DNA of 64,000 nt from Candidatus Berkelbacteria bacterium (GCA_016187225.1 JACPKC010000006.1:25051-89050); one strand, 5' to 3'. Counted from the first letter of the stretch, positions 1 through 13,720 are shown. Notes: generated by a model from the letters alone, not told the origin. Numbers and translations are program-made.

Positions 1-2049
1 CTCGGCTTGCAACTTGATGTGATCAATTTTGTCAGCTCTTCTAGTCATTCTCTGTAGAGCGACTGCGCCATTTTTTCTGTTTACACTTCGTTTATGCTCG
101 TATGGAATGACCGACTTATTATAGGAAGAACTAAATTCTTCATAAACATGCCGTGATTTTCTATTCATTACACGTTCGTTTCGATAATGCTCAATGCCTG
201 CTTTTTCACTTTTCTCAAATTTTTGCAAATGAATCGTTTGACTTTTTGCCTCTTCTCGCGCCGTTTTTTTTCGGTGAGTGTGTCCCATGCTCGATGCTGA
301 AACACCGGAATTTTTTCTATACATGCTACGTTCGTGAGTTAGATGAATTACTGGTTCGAGTTGCTTTGTTTTCTGCGATTTCGGCCTTGGTTTTTGCAGA
401 TTTTCGGATATTAAAAATGGGAGATTGGGTTTAGGCAAATGGTAAGATTTTCTCACACTCGCTACACTCCCAGCAGAAGGGCGTTCTTTAGCCTTGGGTG
501 AATCAACTGATATTTTTTGTAAACATTCGTCGGTTGGAGTTTGACTGATGCTTATAGGGCAAACCCTAGTGAGTGGCATTTCAGTTTCAATGCTTTCGGC
601 TCGTCTTAAATGGCTTTCTTTTGTTTCTTCTTGTAACGGCCGATGGGGCGGACTGATGGCGGGGGCAGGTTGCTCTATGCATTGAACGTTCGTTGGTTGT
701 ATAATGAGTTCATCTCTAGAAACTAAACTATCTGTTTTACATTCGCAGATGCTCTTAATGACATATTCTGCATCTATGATTGGCTCAATCAAATCTATTT
801 TTGATGTAATTCTATCGCTAGCTATGTGATTCTTTAAACTCTTATGTTCTGTTTTAATATGGTCTGCCTGGATTTTTGTATCAACTTCGTTTGGTTCAAT
901 ATGTTCTATCCAATCAGTTTTTTCTCCTGGCTGCACATTTTCGGCTAGGTTTTTTAGCTCAAATTCAAATGAATCTTCTCGCTTAATTTCATTCTCACTC
1001 TCATTCTTTTCAGCATCCTCATCGGTATTCCCTGCTTTCCCATCTACGTACGTGCACACATTCAACGTTCGTTTAATTTGTGTTGGAGCAGGCATGTTGA
1101 GTGTTTCGTCCTCTATGCCGGAGGAGTTATCTAGGTCGGCTGGTTCTATTGGCAGAAGAATATCTAGTTCTTCGAGATTCGACTTCATCTCAACTCCAAG
1201 ACATTTGCCGACTTGAAGTATATTTGGGTCGCCCAGAGTGCGATAAATGTTTGTCATCAAAATGTTCACGTTCGGAATATGTGTAGCCCAAATGTGCTCT
1301 CCTCGCACAGAAAGCTCATTCACCAGAGTCGCATATAAACTAAATTGTTCAGGGTCGGCTAAGTCCCAATGCACAAGAGGCGAGCCGTCTTCATTGATGA
1401 GCTCAAAACCAGTTTCTGTGCGTAAAAGTGAAAAGTGAAAAAGCTGATGCTTCTCTTCTTGCTCAAGCGATTCTATTTTTTTTACGGGCCTGAATGGATC
1501 ATCTTGAGGGTCGATGTTCGTGACTTGATAGTCCGGTAAAGATGTTTCTGGCAGGATCGTCGCGCGGACAATATGAGTCTCTGGTTCAAGCTCAAAGTAC
1601 TGTTCTTGGCGAGTCTCTGGCGATTTTCTAAGCGCAGAGCCGAACTGGTTGAGTTCTGTGCACAATTTTTCAATTTCTTCAAATTCTTGCTCGCCGATAA
1701 GATCAAAGTCAAGTTCAACAAAACCATTGTCACGCAGTACCTGGGAGAGATTATCACTTTGCTCGAGAGGAATGAGGGGCATGAGTAGTTTGTGTGGAGA
1801 AATCTCTTTAGGACATTGCCAGAGGAGAAGAGAATGACTTTGATTCTCATTTTGCGACAAGTAATACCAAGTCTCTTTATTTGTTTGTGGATAAAATGCA
1901 AAAAAATCTTGCCCAATTCCTTCATGGCAAGATTCTTGTACTTGGCACTCGTCCTGATTTGGTTTGCAATCAACTAACTCAAGATTCTCATTGACTGGAT
2001 GATGCTGTTCAAGCTCGCGTGAAGATAGTTGTGCCTCAAGAGTTTCCAT
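1..2049 (-). CDS. Large hypothetical protein (>=683 aa, runs off window start)
   Basis: Manual translation: ATG at 2049 with AGGAG RBS (METLEAQLSSRELEQHHPVNENL...), no stop down to position 1. Absent from the ORF track because its stop lies outside the window. Acidic N-terminal half, more basic and low-complexity distal part. Confidence 0.8.
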   Translation of the reverse strand, partial: METLEAQLSSRELEQHHPVNENLELVDCKPNQDECQVQESCHEGIGQDFFAFYPQTNKETWYYLSQNENQSHSLLLWQCPKEISPHKLLMPLIPLEQSDNLSQVLRDNGFVELDFDLIGEQEFEEIEKLCTELNQFGSALRKSPETRQEQYFELEPETHIVRATILPETSLPDYQVTNIDPQDDPFRPVKKIESLEQEEKHQLFHFSLLRTETGFELINEDGSPLVHWDLADPEQFSLYATLVNELSVRGEHIWATHIPNVNILMTNIYRTLGDPNILQVGKCLGVEMKSNLEELDILLPIEPADLDNSSGIEDETLNMPAPTQIKRTLNVCTYVDGKAGNTDEDAEKNESENEIKREDSFEFELKNLAENVQPGEKTDWIEHIEPNEVDTKIQADHIKTEHKSLKNHIASDRITSKIDLIEPIIDAEYVIKSICECKTDSLVSRDELIIQPTNVQCIEQPAPAISPPHRPLQEETKESHLRRAESIETEMPLTRVCPISISQTPTDECLQKISVDSPKAKERPSAGSVASVRKSYHLPKPNLPFLISENLQKPRPKSQKTKQLEPVIHLTHERSMYRKNSGVSASSMGHTHRKKTAREEAKSQTIHLQKFEKSEKAGIEHYRNERVMNRKSRHVYEEFSSSYNKSVIPYEHKRSVNRKNGAVALQRMTRRADKIDHIKLQAE

Positions 2050-2084
2050 ATTCTCCTCTGCAACGGAGGTGAGCACTGTAAATT

Positions 2085-2188
2085 TCTTAAGGCTGGTTGT
2101 CGGACTCCCACTCGAAGTGGATTACCGTTGCGGCACAGCGCCGGAATCTCACCGGACTTTCCCTAAAGATATGATAGTGACCTTAAGA
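2085..2188 (-). promoter_or_regulatory. Cobalamin riboswitch
   Basis: Minus strand reads UCUUAAGGU...UAGGGAAAGUCCGGUGAGAUUCCGGCGCUGUGCCGCAACGGUAA...GAGUCCGACAACCAGCCUUAAGA. It has the AGGGAA, CCGGUG..A.UCCGG and GCAAC.GU motifs, a B12-box-like 3' end and an 8-bp P1 (2181-2188 with 2085-2092). Lies about 35 nt upstream of the ATG at 2049. Confidence 0.85.
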
Positions 2189-2233
2189 TTAAATTGTTAT
2201 TTTTATTCTAAACTAGATAGTCTTTAACGTGTC

Positions 2234-2263
2234 AAGAAAAGCCCCTTTTGAGGGGCTTTTCTT
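2234..2263. terminator. Intrinsic terminator hairpin with flanking A/U tracts
   Basis: aagaaaagcccc-ttttga-ggggcttttctt inverted repeat downstream of the small ORF at 2280-2456. Confidence 0.75.
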
Positions 2264-2279
2264 GAGCTTGCACTATTTT

Positions 2280-2456
2280 TTACTGTGCTGGCGGAGTTCC
2301 TTGAGGCATCCCACCGCCCATGCCATCGTCTTCCTTAGTGCTTTCATCTGGCATCCCCGCTGGAGCCGGGGTATCAGATGGAGCCGATGGAGCGACTGGC
2401 GGCACGCCGCCTGGTTGATCATCACTTCCAGGCATATTTGGCATATCGTCGAACAT
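2280..2456 (-). CDS. Small acidic Pro/Gly-rich protein (58 aa)
   Basis: MFDDMPNMPGSDDQPGGVPPVAPSAPSDTPAPAGMPDESTKEDDGMGGGMPQGTPPAQ*. Strong AGGAGGT RBS and a downstream terminator. Below the ORF-track length cutoff. Confidence 0.7.
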   Translation of the reverse strand: MFDDMPNMPGSDDQPGGVPPVAPSAPSDTPAPAGMPDESTKEDDGMGGGMPQGTPPAQ

Positions 2457-2542
2457 ATCGACCTCCTAGCCTTTTACTACTAACTGCATCATATCAGGAG
2501 AATCAATCAGGTAAATGCATACTTGTGGATAACACATTGACT

Positions 2543-3070
2543 CTAGTATTCATAGACATAAAACGGTCCGTATTGGGTGGTGCGTTGGAACGTCTCACTT
2601 GGCTTGCGGTTTGGGAGCGGAAAACAATAGGCAATAACGCGCGCGCCATGCCTTAATTCTTGTTCGAATTTTTTTTCAAGGCGTTTCATAATGTGCGGTA
2701 AGAGATAGCAATAAACAGTCGAAGTTTTTTTAAGATTGGTTGTATATAAATTTGCGCATCGAAAAGTCAATCCAGGAATCCCGCGGTGCCGTAACCGAGC
2801 AAATAAAACCAGCGGCAGAGAAATATCGACGCCTTCGGCTAAACTAGAGCCGTGTTTGCAAACATAGGCACAGAGCATTCCTCGGCCGGAACCGAGTTCT
2901 GTAAAATGTTCGCCTGGAGATAGTTGCGCGAGCGCGAGTATCACATGAAAGAGTCCGGGAGGTGTGCTAACAAATTGCGCTCCGCCAGCCACTGATATCA
3001 GGCCGGACAATCCCAAAATCAATAAACCGAGTGCGACACTAAGAAAAATTGTGCTTATCACGAGTGTCAT
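2543..3070 (-). CDS. Membrane-anchored class I SAM-dependent methyltransferase
   Basis: N-terminal TM segment, ELGSGRG motif I, VYCYLLP and GARVIAYCF motifs. Confidence 0.8.
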   Translation of the reverse strand: MTLVISTIFLSVALGLLILGLSGLISVAGGAQFVSTPPGLFHVILALAQLSPGEHFTELGSGRGMLCAYVCKHGSSLAEGVDISLPLVLFARLRHRGIPGLTFRCANLYTTNLKKTSTVYCYLLPHIMKRLEKKFEQELRHGARVIAYCFPLPNRKPSETFQRTTQYGPFYVYEY

Positions 3071-4568
3071 AGTTACAATATAACTAAAATTAAATTTGGT
3101 GGTGGCTGTATATAAAGTAGCGCGAATTCATCTACAACAAGAACTTGACACTATACTAATCGAAATCCCGCACGTTTTGTGCGGGATTTTATGAAAGCAG
3201 AGCCATTTAACGTCAGAGTGATTGCAGAACAATCCACCTATAAAAAACCGCTTGGCATTTTGGCATGGCACCCAGATCGTCTCGCCCGCAATAGCGTTGA
3301 TGGTGGAAAAATAATTTACTTGGTGGACACCGGAGCCATTGCTTCTTTGCGCTTTCCGCAATTTTGGTTTGAGCCAACTCCGCAAGGGAAATTTATGTTG
3401 AACATCGCTTTTGGACAAAGCAAATACTATGTGGATTCTCTTTCCGAAAACACGAAAAGGGGTTTGCGCCAAAAGGTTCGCAGGGGCGAATATCCGAGCG
3501 TTGCGCCCATTGGCTACATAAACGATGTCCGCACAAAATCAATCGTGGTGGATAGAAAGAAAGCTCGGATTATTCGCCAAGCGTTTGAGCTATACGCAAA
3601 AAGTAATTCGCGACTGGAGGACATTTCGAACTTTTTGGCGCAACGCGGAATACTATCCCACGGCGGAAAGAGAATCCACAAGACGAGGGCGACTTTTATC
3701 CTTTCCAACCCGTTTTACACCGGATTATTCAAATATGGCGGTGAACTTCACGAAGGAAAGTACGAGCCAATAGTGGCAAAGAAACTTTTTGATCAAGTAC
3801 AAGAAGTGATGAAACGGAGAAGTCGTCCGCGCCACAAACAGAAAAATGAACCACAAGTATATTGCGGACTCCTTTCGTGCGCGTCATGCGGTATGCAAAT
3901 CACTGGCGAATACAGGGTGAAGACGCAGTTGAACGGCACACAACATTTCTATACTTACTGCCACTGCACCAAGAAATCTAAAACTCAAAAATGTCCTGAA
4001 CCCTGTATTCGCCAAGAATCGTTGGACGCGCAAATTTCATCACTTCTGCAAAAAGTTTCTTTGCCACAAGATTGGGCGAACTATCTAAACGGAAGACTTG
4101 AAAAAGACAAAACGGAATCCGCCCAATCTGTTTCTGCTTTTGTTGAAAAAAATCAAAAAATGATTACTGACATCACAGCGAAGCTCCAGCGACTTTTAGA
4201 CGGCTATTTAGAACAAGATATAGACAAGGAAGTATATCGTGCTGAAGAATCAAAATTGCTATCCGAGAAAAAGTCGCTGGAGGAGGAAATATCTCGTAAT
4301 CAACAAAAGCAGAAACATTGGCTCGAACCGATGGAAAAGTGGATAAAGGACGCGGGAAATATGGAAAAAATTGCATTGGATAGCAACCTTTTTGCTAAAA
4401 AGGTTGCTGCCAAAGAAATCTTTGACTCGCACCTCTTTCTTGGCGAAAAAACAGTCCGCCCCGCCGAAGGCGGGACTCCGAATTCGTTTGGAAAAATGGG
4501 GGGAAATCAGTGGGACGCGCTTCGCGCGTCCCACGCTCTTGGGTCTTCTGTATCTTTTTCTACAAAAC

Positions 4569-4642
4569 TGGAGCGAGTGAGGGGAATCGAACCCCCGTCT
4601 CAACCTTGGGAAGGTCGCATTCTGCCATTGAACCACACTCGC
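4569..4642 (-). tRNA. tRNA-Gly(CCC)
   Basis: GCGAGTG...CCTT-CCC-AAGG...GGTTCGATTCCC...CACTCGCTCCA cloverleaf with encoded CCA. Confidence 0.95.
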
Positions 4643-4666
4643 AGACGCCTTCCGTATTGTAAACGA

Positions 4667-7307
<2,641 letters not shown>

Positions 7308-7315
<8 letters not shown>

Positions 7316-8840
7316 TGGTTTGAACCCACATCTTGGCTCGAAAATCTTCAATTATTTGCTTTAAGTCGGCTTCAATCTCGTCGAGTTTCGGATTTTCATC
7401 AAAACGCGTGCAAACAGCTGGAAACTTAGTGGCCAAATACTCTCTTAGCCCAGCTTCAAACTCACCCACTCTCTCGACAGACACGTCGTCCAGATAACCA
7501 TTATTCACAGCATAAAATGCGATTACTTGATCGGCGACTGTAAGCGGCTGATATTGAGGTTGTTTCAAAAGCTCGCTCACACGCCGACCGCGTTCTAACT
7601 GCTTGCGTGTTGCCTCATCGAGATCAGAGCCAAATTGAGCGAAACTTTCAAGCTCACGAAATTGGGCGAGATCAAGACGCACCTGCCCCGCCACTTTTTT
7701 CATTGCCTTGGTTTGAGCCGAGCCGCCAACGCGTGAAACCGAAAGGCCAACATTTAGAGCCGGTCGAACACCGCGATAAAAGAGATCGGTTTCTAGAAAA
7801 ATTTGGCCATCGGTAATGGAAATGACATTCGTTGGGATATAAGCCGAAACATCGCCAGCCTGTGTTTCAATAATCGGTAAAGCCGTTAGCGAGCCGCCGC
7901 CATGATCTTGATTGAGCCGCGCGGCGCGTTCGAGCAAGCGTGAATGCAGATAAAACACGTCGCCTGGATAAGCCTCGCGACCGGGCGGACGACGCAAGAG
8001 CAAGGACATTTCGCGGTAGGCCCAGGCGTGTTTAGAAAGATCATCATAGACTATCAAAGCGTCCTGACCATGATCGCGGAAGTACTCGCCCATCGCGCAA
8101 CCGGCATACGGCGCCAGATATTGCAGAGGCGCTGGATCAGACGCACCCGCGACCACAATAATTGTATGCTCAAGTGCGCCATACTCCTGCAAGATCGCAA
8201 CGATGCGAGCAATCTTTGATTCCTTCTGTCCAATTGCAACATAAATGCAGATAATGCCACTGTTTTTTTGATTGATAATAGCGTCAATCGCCACCGCGGT
8301 TTTGCCAGTACCACGATCACCGATAATCAATTCTCGCTGACCACGACCAATTGGAATCAAGCCATCAATTGCCTTCAGGCCAGTTTGCACCGGCTGATTA
8401 ACTGATTGGCGAGTGATGACACCTGGAGCAATTTTTTCCAAGAGTCCGGTTTCTTTGGTCTCAATCGGCCCCTTGCCATCCAAGGCTTCACCGAGCGGAT
8501 TCACAACCCGACCAACGAGTGTCTCGCCGACCGGGACTGACATTACCTGACCGGTTGAGCGCACCGTATCTCCTTCGGCGACTGCTCGCGCATCCCCTAG
8601 AATCACAGCGCCGACGTTAGTCTCCTCAAGGTTAAGCGCGATGCCAGTTATAGTTAGTCCACTTTGAGTTACAAACTCTAACATCTCCGAAGATTGGGCG
8701 CGCTCCAAGCCAGCAACCCGTGCAATACCATCGCCAACCTCAATCACTGTACCTTGCGCGGTTTGGTGCGCCTCTGGCTTGTAACCTTGTATCCGTCGAC
8801 GCAGATGGTCAATAATTGTAGCTGAATTTTGTTCTGGCAT
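7308..8840 (-). CDS. atpA: ATP synthase alpha subunit
   Basis: [30 protein letters not shown]. Confidence 0.99.
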
Positions 8841-8848
8841 ATTTCTCC

Positions 8849-9346
8849 TTACGCTGTGAGGACTTTACGGAACCCAGCAAGTTTACCCTGGAGCGAATAG
8901 TCTAATGTCTGCCCAATTAAGGATAGTTTTAATCCACCCAAAATAGCTGGTTCAATCTGTCGATCTAAAATAAACTCTGAATCTGAAAAAACTTGCTCAA
9001 TCAGATGGATATGTTCGGGTGAAAGCTCGCTTGCCGTTGTAAGTGTCAAGCTGTAGGCATTCCTCGTTTTGGCTAAAATTTTCAACGCTTGATCCATTAT
9101 ACCGGTTAGGCGCTTAAAAGCTCCTTCTTCGGCCAAAAGAATCAAAAATTGCGCAAGCGCGGTAGGCATTATAAAATTTTTGGTAAAAACTTCTCGCGCC
9201 TTTTGTGAACCTTGAACGATTACTCGGCCAAGTAAGCGTTGAATGCGCCGATCCTTAAGAAGAAGATACCAACTCGATTGTTCGCGAAGTGGCACTTTCA
9301 CTTGCGCCTCAATTAAGGCCCGGGCGTGAACACGGTTACTGATCAT
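8849..9346 (-). CDS. atpH: ATP synthase delta subunit (divergent)
   Basis: Operon position and C-terminal EPAILGG...DYSLQGKL motif. Confidence 0.85.
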   Translation of the reverse strand: MISNRVHARALIEAQVKVPLREQSSWYLLLKDRRIQRLLGRVIVQGSQKAREVFTKNFIMPTALAQFLILLAEEGAFKRLTGIMDQALKILAKTRNAYSLTLTTASELSPEHIHLIEQVFSDSEFILDRQIEPAILGGLKLSLIGQTLDYSLQGKLAGFRKVLTA

Positions 9347-9887
9347 GCCGCTCCTTGACTGTCTTCAGGGCAGTTTTAATTTCGGCATCACTTAGAGGAT
9401 TTTTTTGCCCATCAAGAATGCGTTCAAGCGCCGCCGCAACGAGAGTGCCGATTTCATGCTCAACTTCACTCATAAGACGGCCTTTCTCGCTTTCAAGCTG
9501 TTTGTGAGTGCGATCTACGAAATCTGTGGCTTCGCGATCGGCTTTAGTCTTGATCTGCTCAGCGACTTGCTCGGCGGACGTCCGCGCCTCGTCGAGAATC
9601 TGCTTAGCCTCAATCTTTGCCGCTTGCAATTGTTCGGCTGTTTCACGCCCAATTTCTTCCGCGCGTTTGGCGCTTGCTTCAGCCTGACGGAGTCCTGCTT
9701 CGATCTTGTTTTGACGTTTACGCAAAATCTCGAGCACTGGCCGATAAAGCACCCAGCGCAACAATAAAAATAACAGGAAAAAATTGACAACCTGGGTAAT
9801 TAAGAGCGGTGTATCCACTCCCAAAGCGGCAATTCCGGAGAGAGCTGGCTCCGCCGTAACTTCAGTTGTAACAACTGTTTGTGACAT
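9336..9887 (-). CDS. atpF: ATP synthase b subunit
   Basis: QVVNFFLL TM segment followed by coiled coil; operon position. Confidence 0.95.
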   Translation of the reverse strand: MSQTVVTTEVTAEPALSGIAALGVDTPLLITQVVNFFLLFLLLRWVLYRPVLEILRKRQNKIEAGLRQAEASAKRAEEIGRETAEQLQAAKIEAKQILDEARTSAEQVAEQIKTKADREATDFVDRTHKQLESEKGRLMSEVEHEIGTLVAAALERILDGQKNPLSDAEIKTALKTVKERHDQ

Positions 9888-10139
<252 letters not shown>

Positions 10140-10892
10140 TTAGTGAGCTTCAGAATGGGTATCGGCTGTAGCTGTAACAATAAAAACAAGTGTCAGCATC
10201 ATAAACACAAGCGCCTGAATAAACCCAACGAGTAGTTCGATCACATAAAATGGCACCGGCACGACATAGGGAATTAAGAAGGCAATCACTACGAGTAATA
10301 CTTCTCCAGCGAAGATATTACCAAATAATCGAAAGGTAAAGGAGATCACGCGAGCAACTTCGCCTATGATATGCAGGAAGCCAACAAAAAATCCGATCGC
10401 ACCTTCCAGGGTTGGTTTAAATGAAAGATAGTGACGCACATGTTTAAAGAAGCCTAAAGCGATAATCCCCAAAATTTGAGTGCCTAAAACAGAGATGAGG
10501 GCGAGGGCGAGTGGAGTATTGAGATCGGTATTGGCGCTCCGTAAGAGTGGCGCTTCGCCAGTATTGGTATATAAAACCAAACTGCCAAATCCGGGGATGA
10601 GCTCCATCCAGTTCAGGGTAAGAATGAAAAGGAAAAAAGTGGCCAGAAAAGGCAGGAGTTGTTCGGCGCGACGGCGGTCTTGAGTCACTTGCTCAATGAG
10701 ATCGAGCAGAATTTCGATGATTCCTTCGGCAACATTTTGAAATCCGTTTGGAATGAGAGCAATGCGTCGAGTTGCCAAGAATGCCAAACTGACGAGCGTG
10801 AAAATTCCCAGCCAGGTTGCAAGAATCGAGTTTGTAACCACGATCGGACCGAGGGAGAATAATTTTTCAGAAGCAAGAGAAATTTCGTGCAT
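10140..10892 (-). CDS. atpB: ATP synthase a subunit
   Basis: SFTFRLFGNIFAGE, GFIQALVF. Confidence 0.98.
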   Translation of the reverse strand: MHEISLASEKLFSLGPIVVTNSILATWLGIFTLVSLAFLATRRIALIPNGFQNVAEGIIEILLDLIEQVTQDRRRAEQLLPFLATFFLFILTLNWMELIPGFGSLVLYTNTGEAPLLRSANTDLNTPLALALISVLGTQILGIIALGFFKHVRHYLSFKPTLEGAIGFFVGFLHIIGEVARVISFTFRLFGNIFAGEVLLVVIAFLIPYVVPVPFYVIELLVGFIQALVFMMLTLVFIVTATADTHSEAH

Positions 10893-10910
10893 ATTTCAAA
10901 AGATATATTT

Positions 10911-11120
10911 TTATTCGAAACGCTCAATTTGTTTGATATAGCGGTAGACCAAGCAACTCGAACTGGCAAGCGCTCCGCCTATTCCCAGAAGGATGAAAAG
11001 CGGACTTGTACCCAAGGTTTTATCCAAGTAAGCGCCGCCAAAACCCAGCAATGCCGCTGGAATTGCGATGATAAAACCCAACTGGCTAACAAGCGATAAA
11101 ACAAAAAGGACGCGCTTCAT
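10911..11120 (-). CDS. AtpZ/AtpI-family membrane protein
   Basis: Two TM segments, GAYLDKTLGTSP motif; first gene of the atp operon; start at MKRVLF. Confidence 0.85.
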   Translation of the reverse strand: MKRVLFVLSLVSQLGFIIAIPAALLGFGGAYLDKTLGTSPLFILLGIGGALASSSCLVYRYIKQIERFE

Positions 11121-11241
11121 TTGTCCTCTCGAACCTGATACTAATCTGCTGATAATCAAGCGTCAAGTTCGTATTCAGTCTAGCGTTTAGAATCTTGTTT
11201 TTCCAGTCAAATCTTGCTACCTTTAGACCCGTTACATTTAA

Positions 11242-11318
11242 GGGTCCGTAGTGAAGAGGCCTATCACGCCTCCCTGTCACGGAGGAGATCGCCGGTTCGA
11301 ATCCGGTCGGACCCGCCA
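11242..11318 (+). tRNA. tRNA-Asp(GTC)
   Basis: GGGTCCG...CCTCCCT-GTC-ACGGAGG...GGTTCGAATCC...CGGACCCGCCA. Confidence 0.95.
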
Positions 11319-11328
11319 AGCCGAATGT

Positions 11329-11676
11329 TTACGCAAGAGCAAGTTTAAGTTTTGCAATTTCACGTTCAGCGCGCACTAGACGTTTTTTGAGTTCATCAAT
11401 TTCCGTGAGAGCATCCTTCTCGGCATTATCCGTGCGTCTATCTAGCTTCTCCAGCGCAAAACGAATGTCAGCAAGTTCTTCTCTGATAAGTTGCTGATAG
11501 TAGGAGCGTTCTTCGAGGAAGCGCTGATCCATAAGTTGTTTTGTAATTTCGCGTTCTTCGAGGAAGCGCTGATCAACATAAGTTTTGAGTTCATTAACTG
11601 TTGCTTCATGTTGTGAAAACAACAATTCAGTCAACTGCTCAACTTGATGATCGGAAAATGCAATATTTTTTGCCAT
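11329..11676 (-). CDS. Hypothetical coiled-coil protein with an internal repeat
   Basis: DQRFLEER occurs twice (24-nt direct repeat at 11506-11529 and 11551-11574); start at MAKN. Confidence 0.65.
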   Translation of the reverse strand: MAKNIAFSDHQVEQLTELLFSQHEATVNELKTYVDQRFLEEREITKQLMDQRFLEERSYYQQLIREELADIRFALEKLDRRTDNAEKDALTEIDELKKRLVRAEREIAKLKLALA

Positions 11677-11764
11677 GAGTATACTATCCCACACGTCAAA
11701 TGATAGCGTCAATTCGGGGTAGATTCTTATAGGTTGAGGGTGTCGACTCCGCTAGAATGTCAGC

Positions 11765-12685
11765 ATGAATATTTGGTCAATGACCCTCATCATTCTCGGT
11801 TTAAGTTTATTTGAGACTGTTTCTAGCATCGATAACGCGATTATCAATGCCGAGGTGCTCGGAACGATGCGAGCGCGAGCGCGACGCTGGTTTTTGATTT
11901 GAGGTTTATTATTAGCAGTCTTTTTAGTCCGCGGGCTCCTACCCTGGCTGATTATTTGGCTTGCCACGCCGGGTATTAGTCCCGCAGGCGCGTTCACAGC
12001 CGCATTTTCAAACGACCCTCGGGTTATCGTCGCAATCGAAGCGGCCGCACCCATACTCCTTACAGGCGGCGGCACCTTTCTTGTCTTTCTCTTTTTCCAC
12101 TGGCTGTTTTTAGAAGATAAGTATTTCGGTTTGCCCCACGAACGGATTCTGATGCGAACTGACCTATGGTTTTACGCAGTAATTTCTATCCTACTCTCGG
12201 CGATCGTCTGGTTTGCGCTCAAAACTGATCCAATGCTCGCTTTTGGCGCAACAGTTGGCTCAACAGCGTTCTTTATTACTCACGGCTTTAAGACGCAGGC
12301 TGAAAAAGGTGAGCAAGCGCTTCTGCACAGCTAGAACAATCTTTCAGATGTCTCCAAGATTCTTTATCTTGAGGCAATCGACGCGACTTTTTCAATTGAC
12401 GGTGTGCTCGGCGCTTTTGCTTTCACTCTTTCCGTGCCGCTAATTTTACTCGGCAATGGCATCGGCGCGCTGGTTGTCCGCCAGTTGACGCTTGGCAATA
12501 TCAAACGAATTAAACGCTACGTGTATCTAAAAAATGGGGCGATGTACTCCGTGCTCATTCTAGGTGGCGTCATGTTGACTGATGCGTTCGGCGCACATAT
12601 TCCGGAATGGTTTTCGCCCGTTGTCACGATTCTCGTAAATTGCTTACTTCTTCGGCAATCAATTCGAGCGTTCCGAAGCAGGTAA
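11765..12685 (+). pseudogene. DUF475/TerC-like membrane protein with two nonsense codons
   Basis: One continuous frame (LFETVSSIDNAIINAEVL...LEAIDATFSIDGVLGAFAFT...YLKNGAMYS) interrupted by TGA at 11900-11902 and TAG at 12332-12334. Confidence 0.85.
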
Positions 12686-12690
12686 AAATA

Positions 12691-12711
12691 AAACCCCCGA
12701 AAAAGGGGGTT
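12691..12711. terminator. Terminator hairpin between convergent genes
   Basis: aacccc(c)-gaaaaa-(g)ggggtt inverted repeat. Confidence 0.6.
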
Positions 12712-12730
12712 AAGCGCTGAAGTTCGGTAA

Positions 12731-13004
12731 CTAGCGGCGCAACAACCAATAGTCAAGCGTCGCAAGCCAGATACCGATGGGCATGAGGAGGTAACTGATT
12801 GCAATGATCAACACCGCCACTGCCCAATGCACATGAAAGGTTTGGGTTTGGGCGACCCAACGCCAACGTTCCGACAGGCGCATTGCCTTAATTAAGACGT
12901 AGATCATACCAACGACAACCAATATAGTTATCGTATGGATTCTGGCAATGCCAGTAATCTCGCCAATGATCAAAGCAAAAAAAACTTGTCACAATAAAAA
13001 ACAT
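12731..13004 (-). pseudogene. Small membrane protein frameshifted in a T8 tract
   Basis: AAGGAG RBS and ATG at 13004. Removing one base from the homopolymer at 12977-12984 joins MFFIVTSFF to the hydrophobic ORF ALIIGEITG...WLLRR. Confidence 0.55.
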
Positions 13005-13053
13005 AATGTTCTCCTTTTAAGTTTCAAGATCAGAAAGAGTATACACGAAGTCA

Positions 13054-13083
13054 TTGACATTGAGACGATGTTGCCTCTATGAT
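13054..13083 (+). promoter_or_regulatory. Sigma70-like promoter
   Basis: TTGACA-18 nt-TATGAT upstream of the ORF at 13133. Confidence 0.55.
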
Positions 13084-13132
13084 GCCAGGTTCCAATCAAG
13101 GGTTGGAAAATTTTAGAAGGGAATGATGTCAA

Positions 13133-13720
13133 GTGGGTTCTTTTAAAAATCAGCAAAATGGAAATGTGATCGCGGCGGCGAAAGCAGGCATTGTCTGCCT
13201 TTATGGAGTGTTCGACAACCAGCTCCGCAATTTTACCGAGATGGCTGGGTATCGGGATTATCTACGCGAATGCGCCGCAATCGTCGTGCGCGAAACAATC
13301 CCAATCGTGTATCTGGCGGGCGGGCACACGAACCCAAAGAGCAATTTCTCGGAAGCGAAATCGGTGGAGCGATACTTTCGAGATCATCTCGCACGCAATA
13401 AACCAGAGAACCAAATCAAAATCGAGCTTGAGGAGCGAAGTGTGAATACTCCACAAAATATTCACTTCTCGCTCACGCGGATACGGCTCGAATATCCGCA
13501 TCTTCGAGAGGTGCACATCTTTACCGATCGATGCCGCAAACTAAAAGGCATGGCGCTGGCGCATCACCTGTGCTTCGGGTTTCGGCACACTGTGCATGGC
13601 GTGCCGCGCATCGACACCCACCCAAACAGTGTCTGGTGGAAGCAGGCGATTCAGGCCTTCTGTTATTACTTTTTCTTCGAAAACATCCTGCGCGACATTG
13701 ATCGCGAGAAAAGGAGATGA
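13133..13720 (+). CDS. DUF218/YdcF-like protein
   Basis: LAGGHT...SEA...IELEERSVNTPQNI motif pattern. Confidence 0.7.
   Translation: MGSFKNQQNGNVIAAAKAGIVCLYGVFDNQLRNFTEMAGYRDYLRECAAIVVRETIPIVYLAGGHTNPKSNFSEAKSVERYFRDHLARNKPENQIKIELEERSVNTPQNIHFSLTRIRLEYPHLREVHIFTDRCRKLKGMALAHHLCFGFRHTVHGVPRIDTHPNSVWWKQAIQAFCYYFFFENILRDIDREKRR

Noticed and set aside
1482-1973. 163-aa ORF and other short ORFs within 153-1977
   Set aside because: Alternative frames overlapping the long open frame at 1-2049, which has the RBS and riboswitch.
11900-11902. Stop-codon reassignment suggested by TGA at a likely Trp position
   Set aside because: The same gene also has an in-frame TAG, other genes translate fully in the standard code, and many end in TGA.
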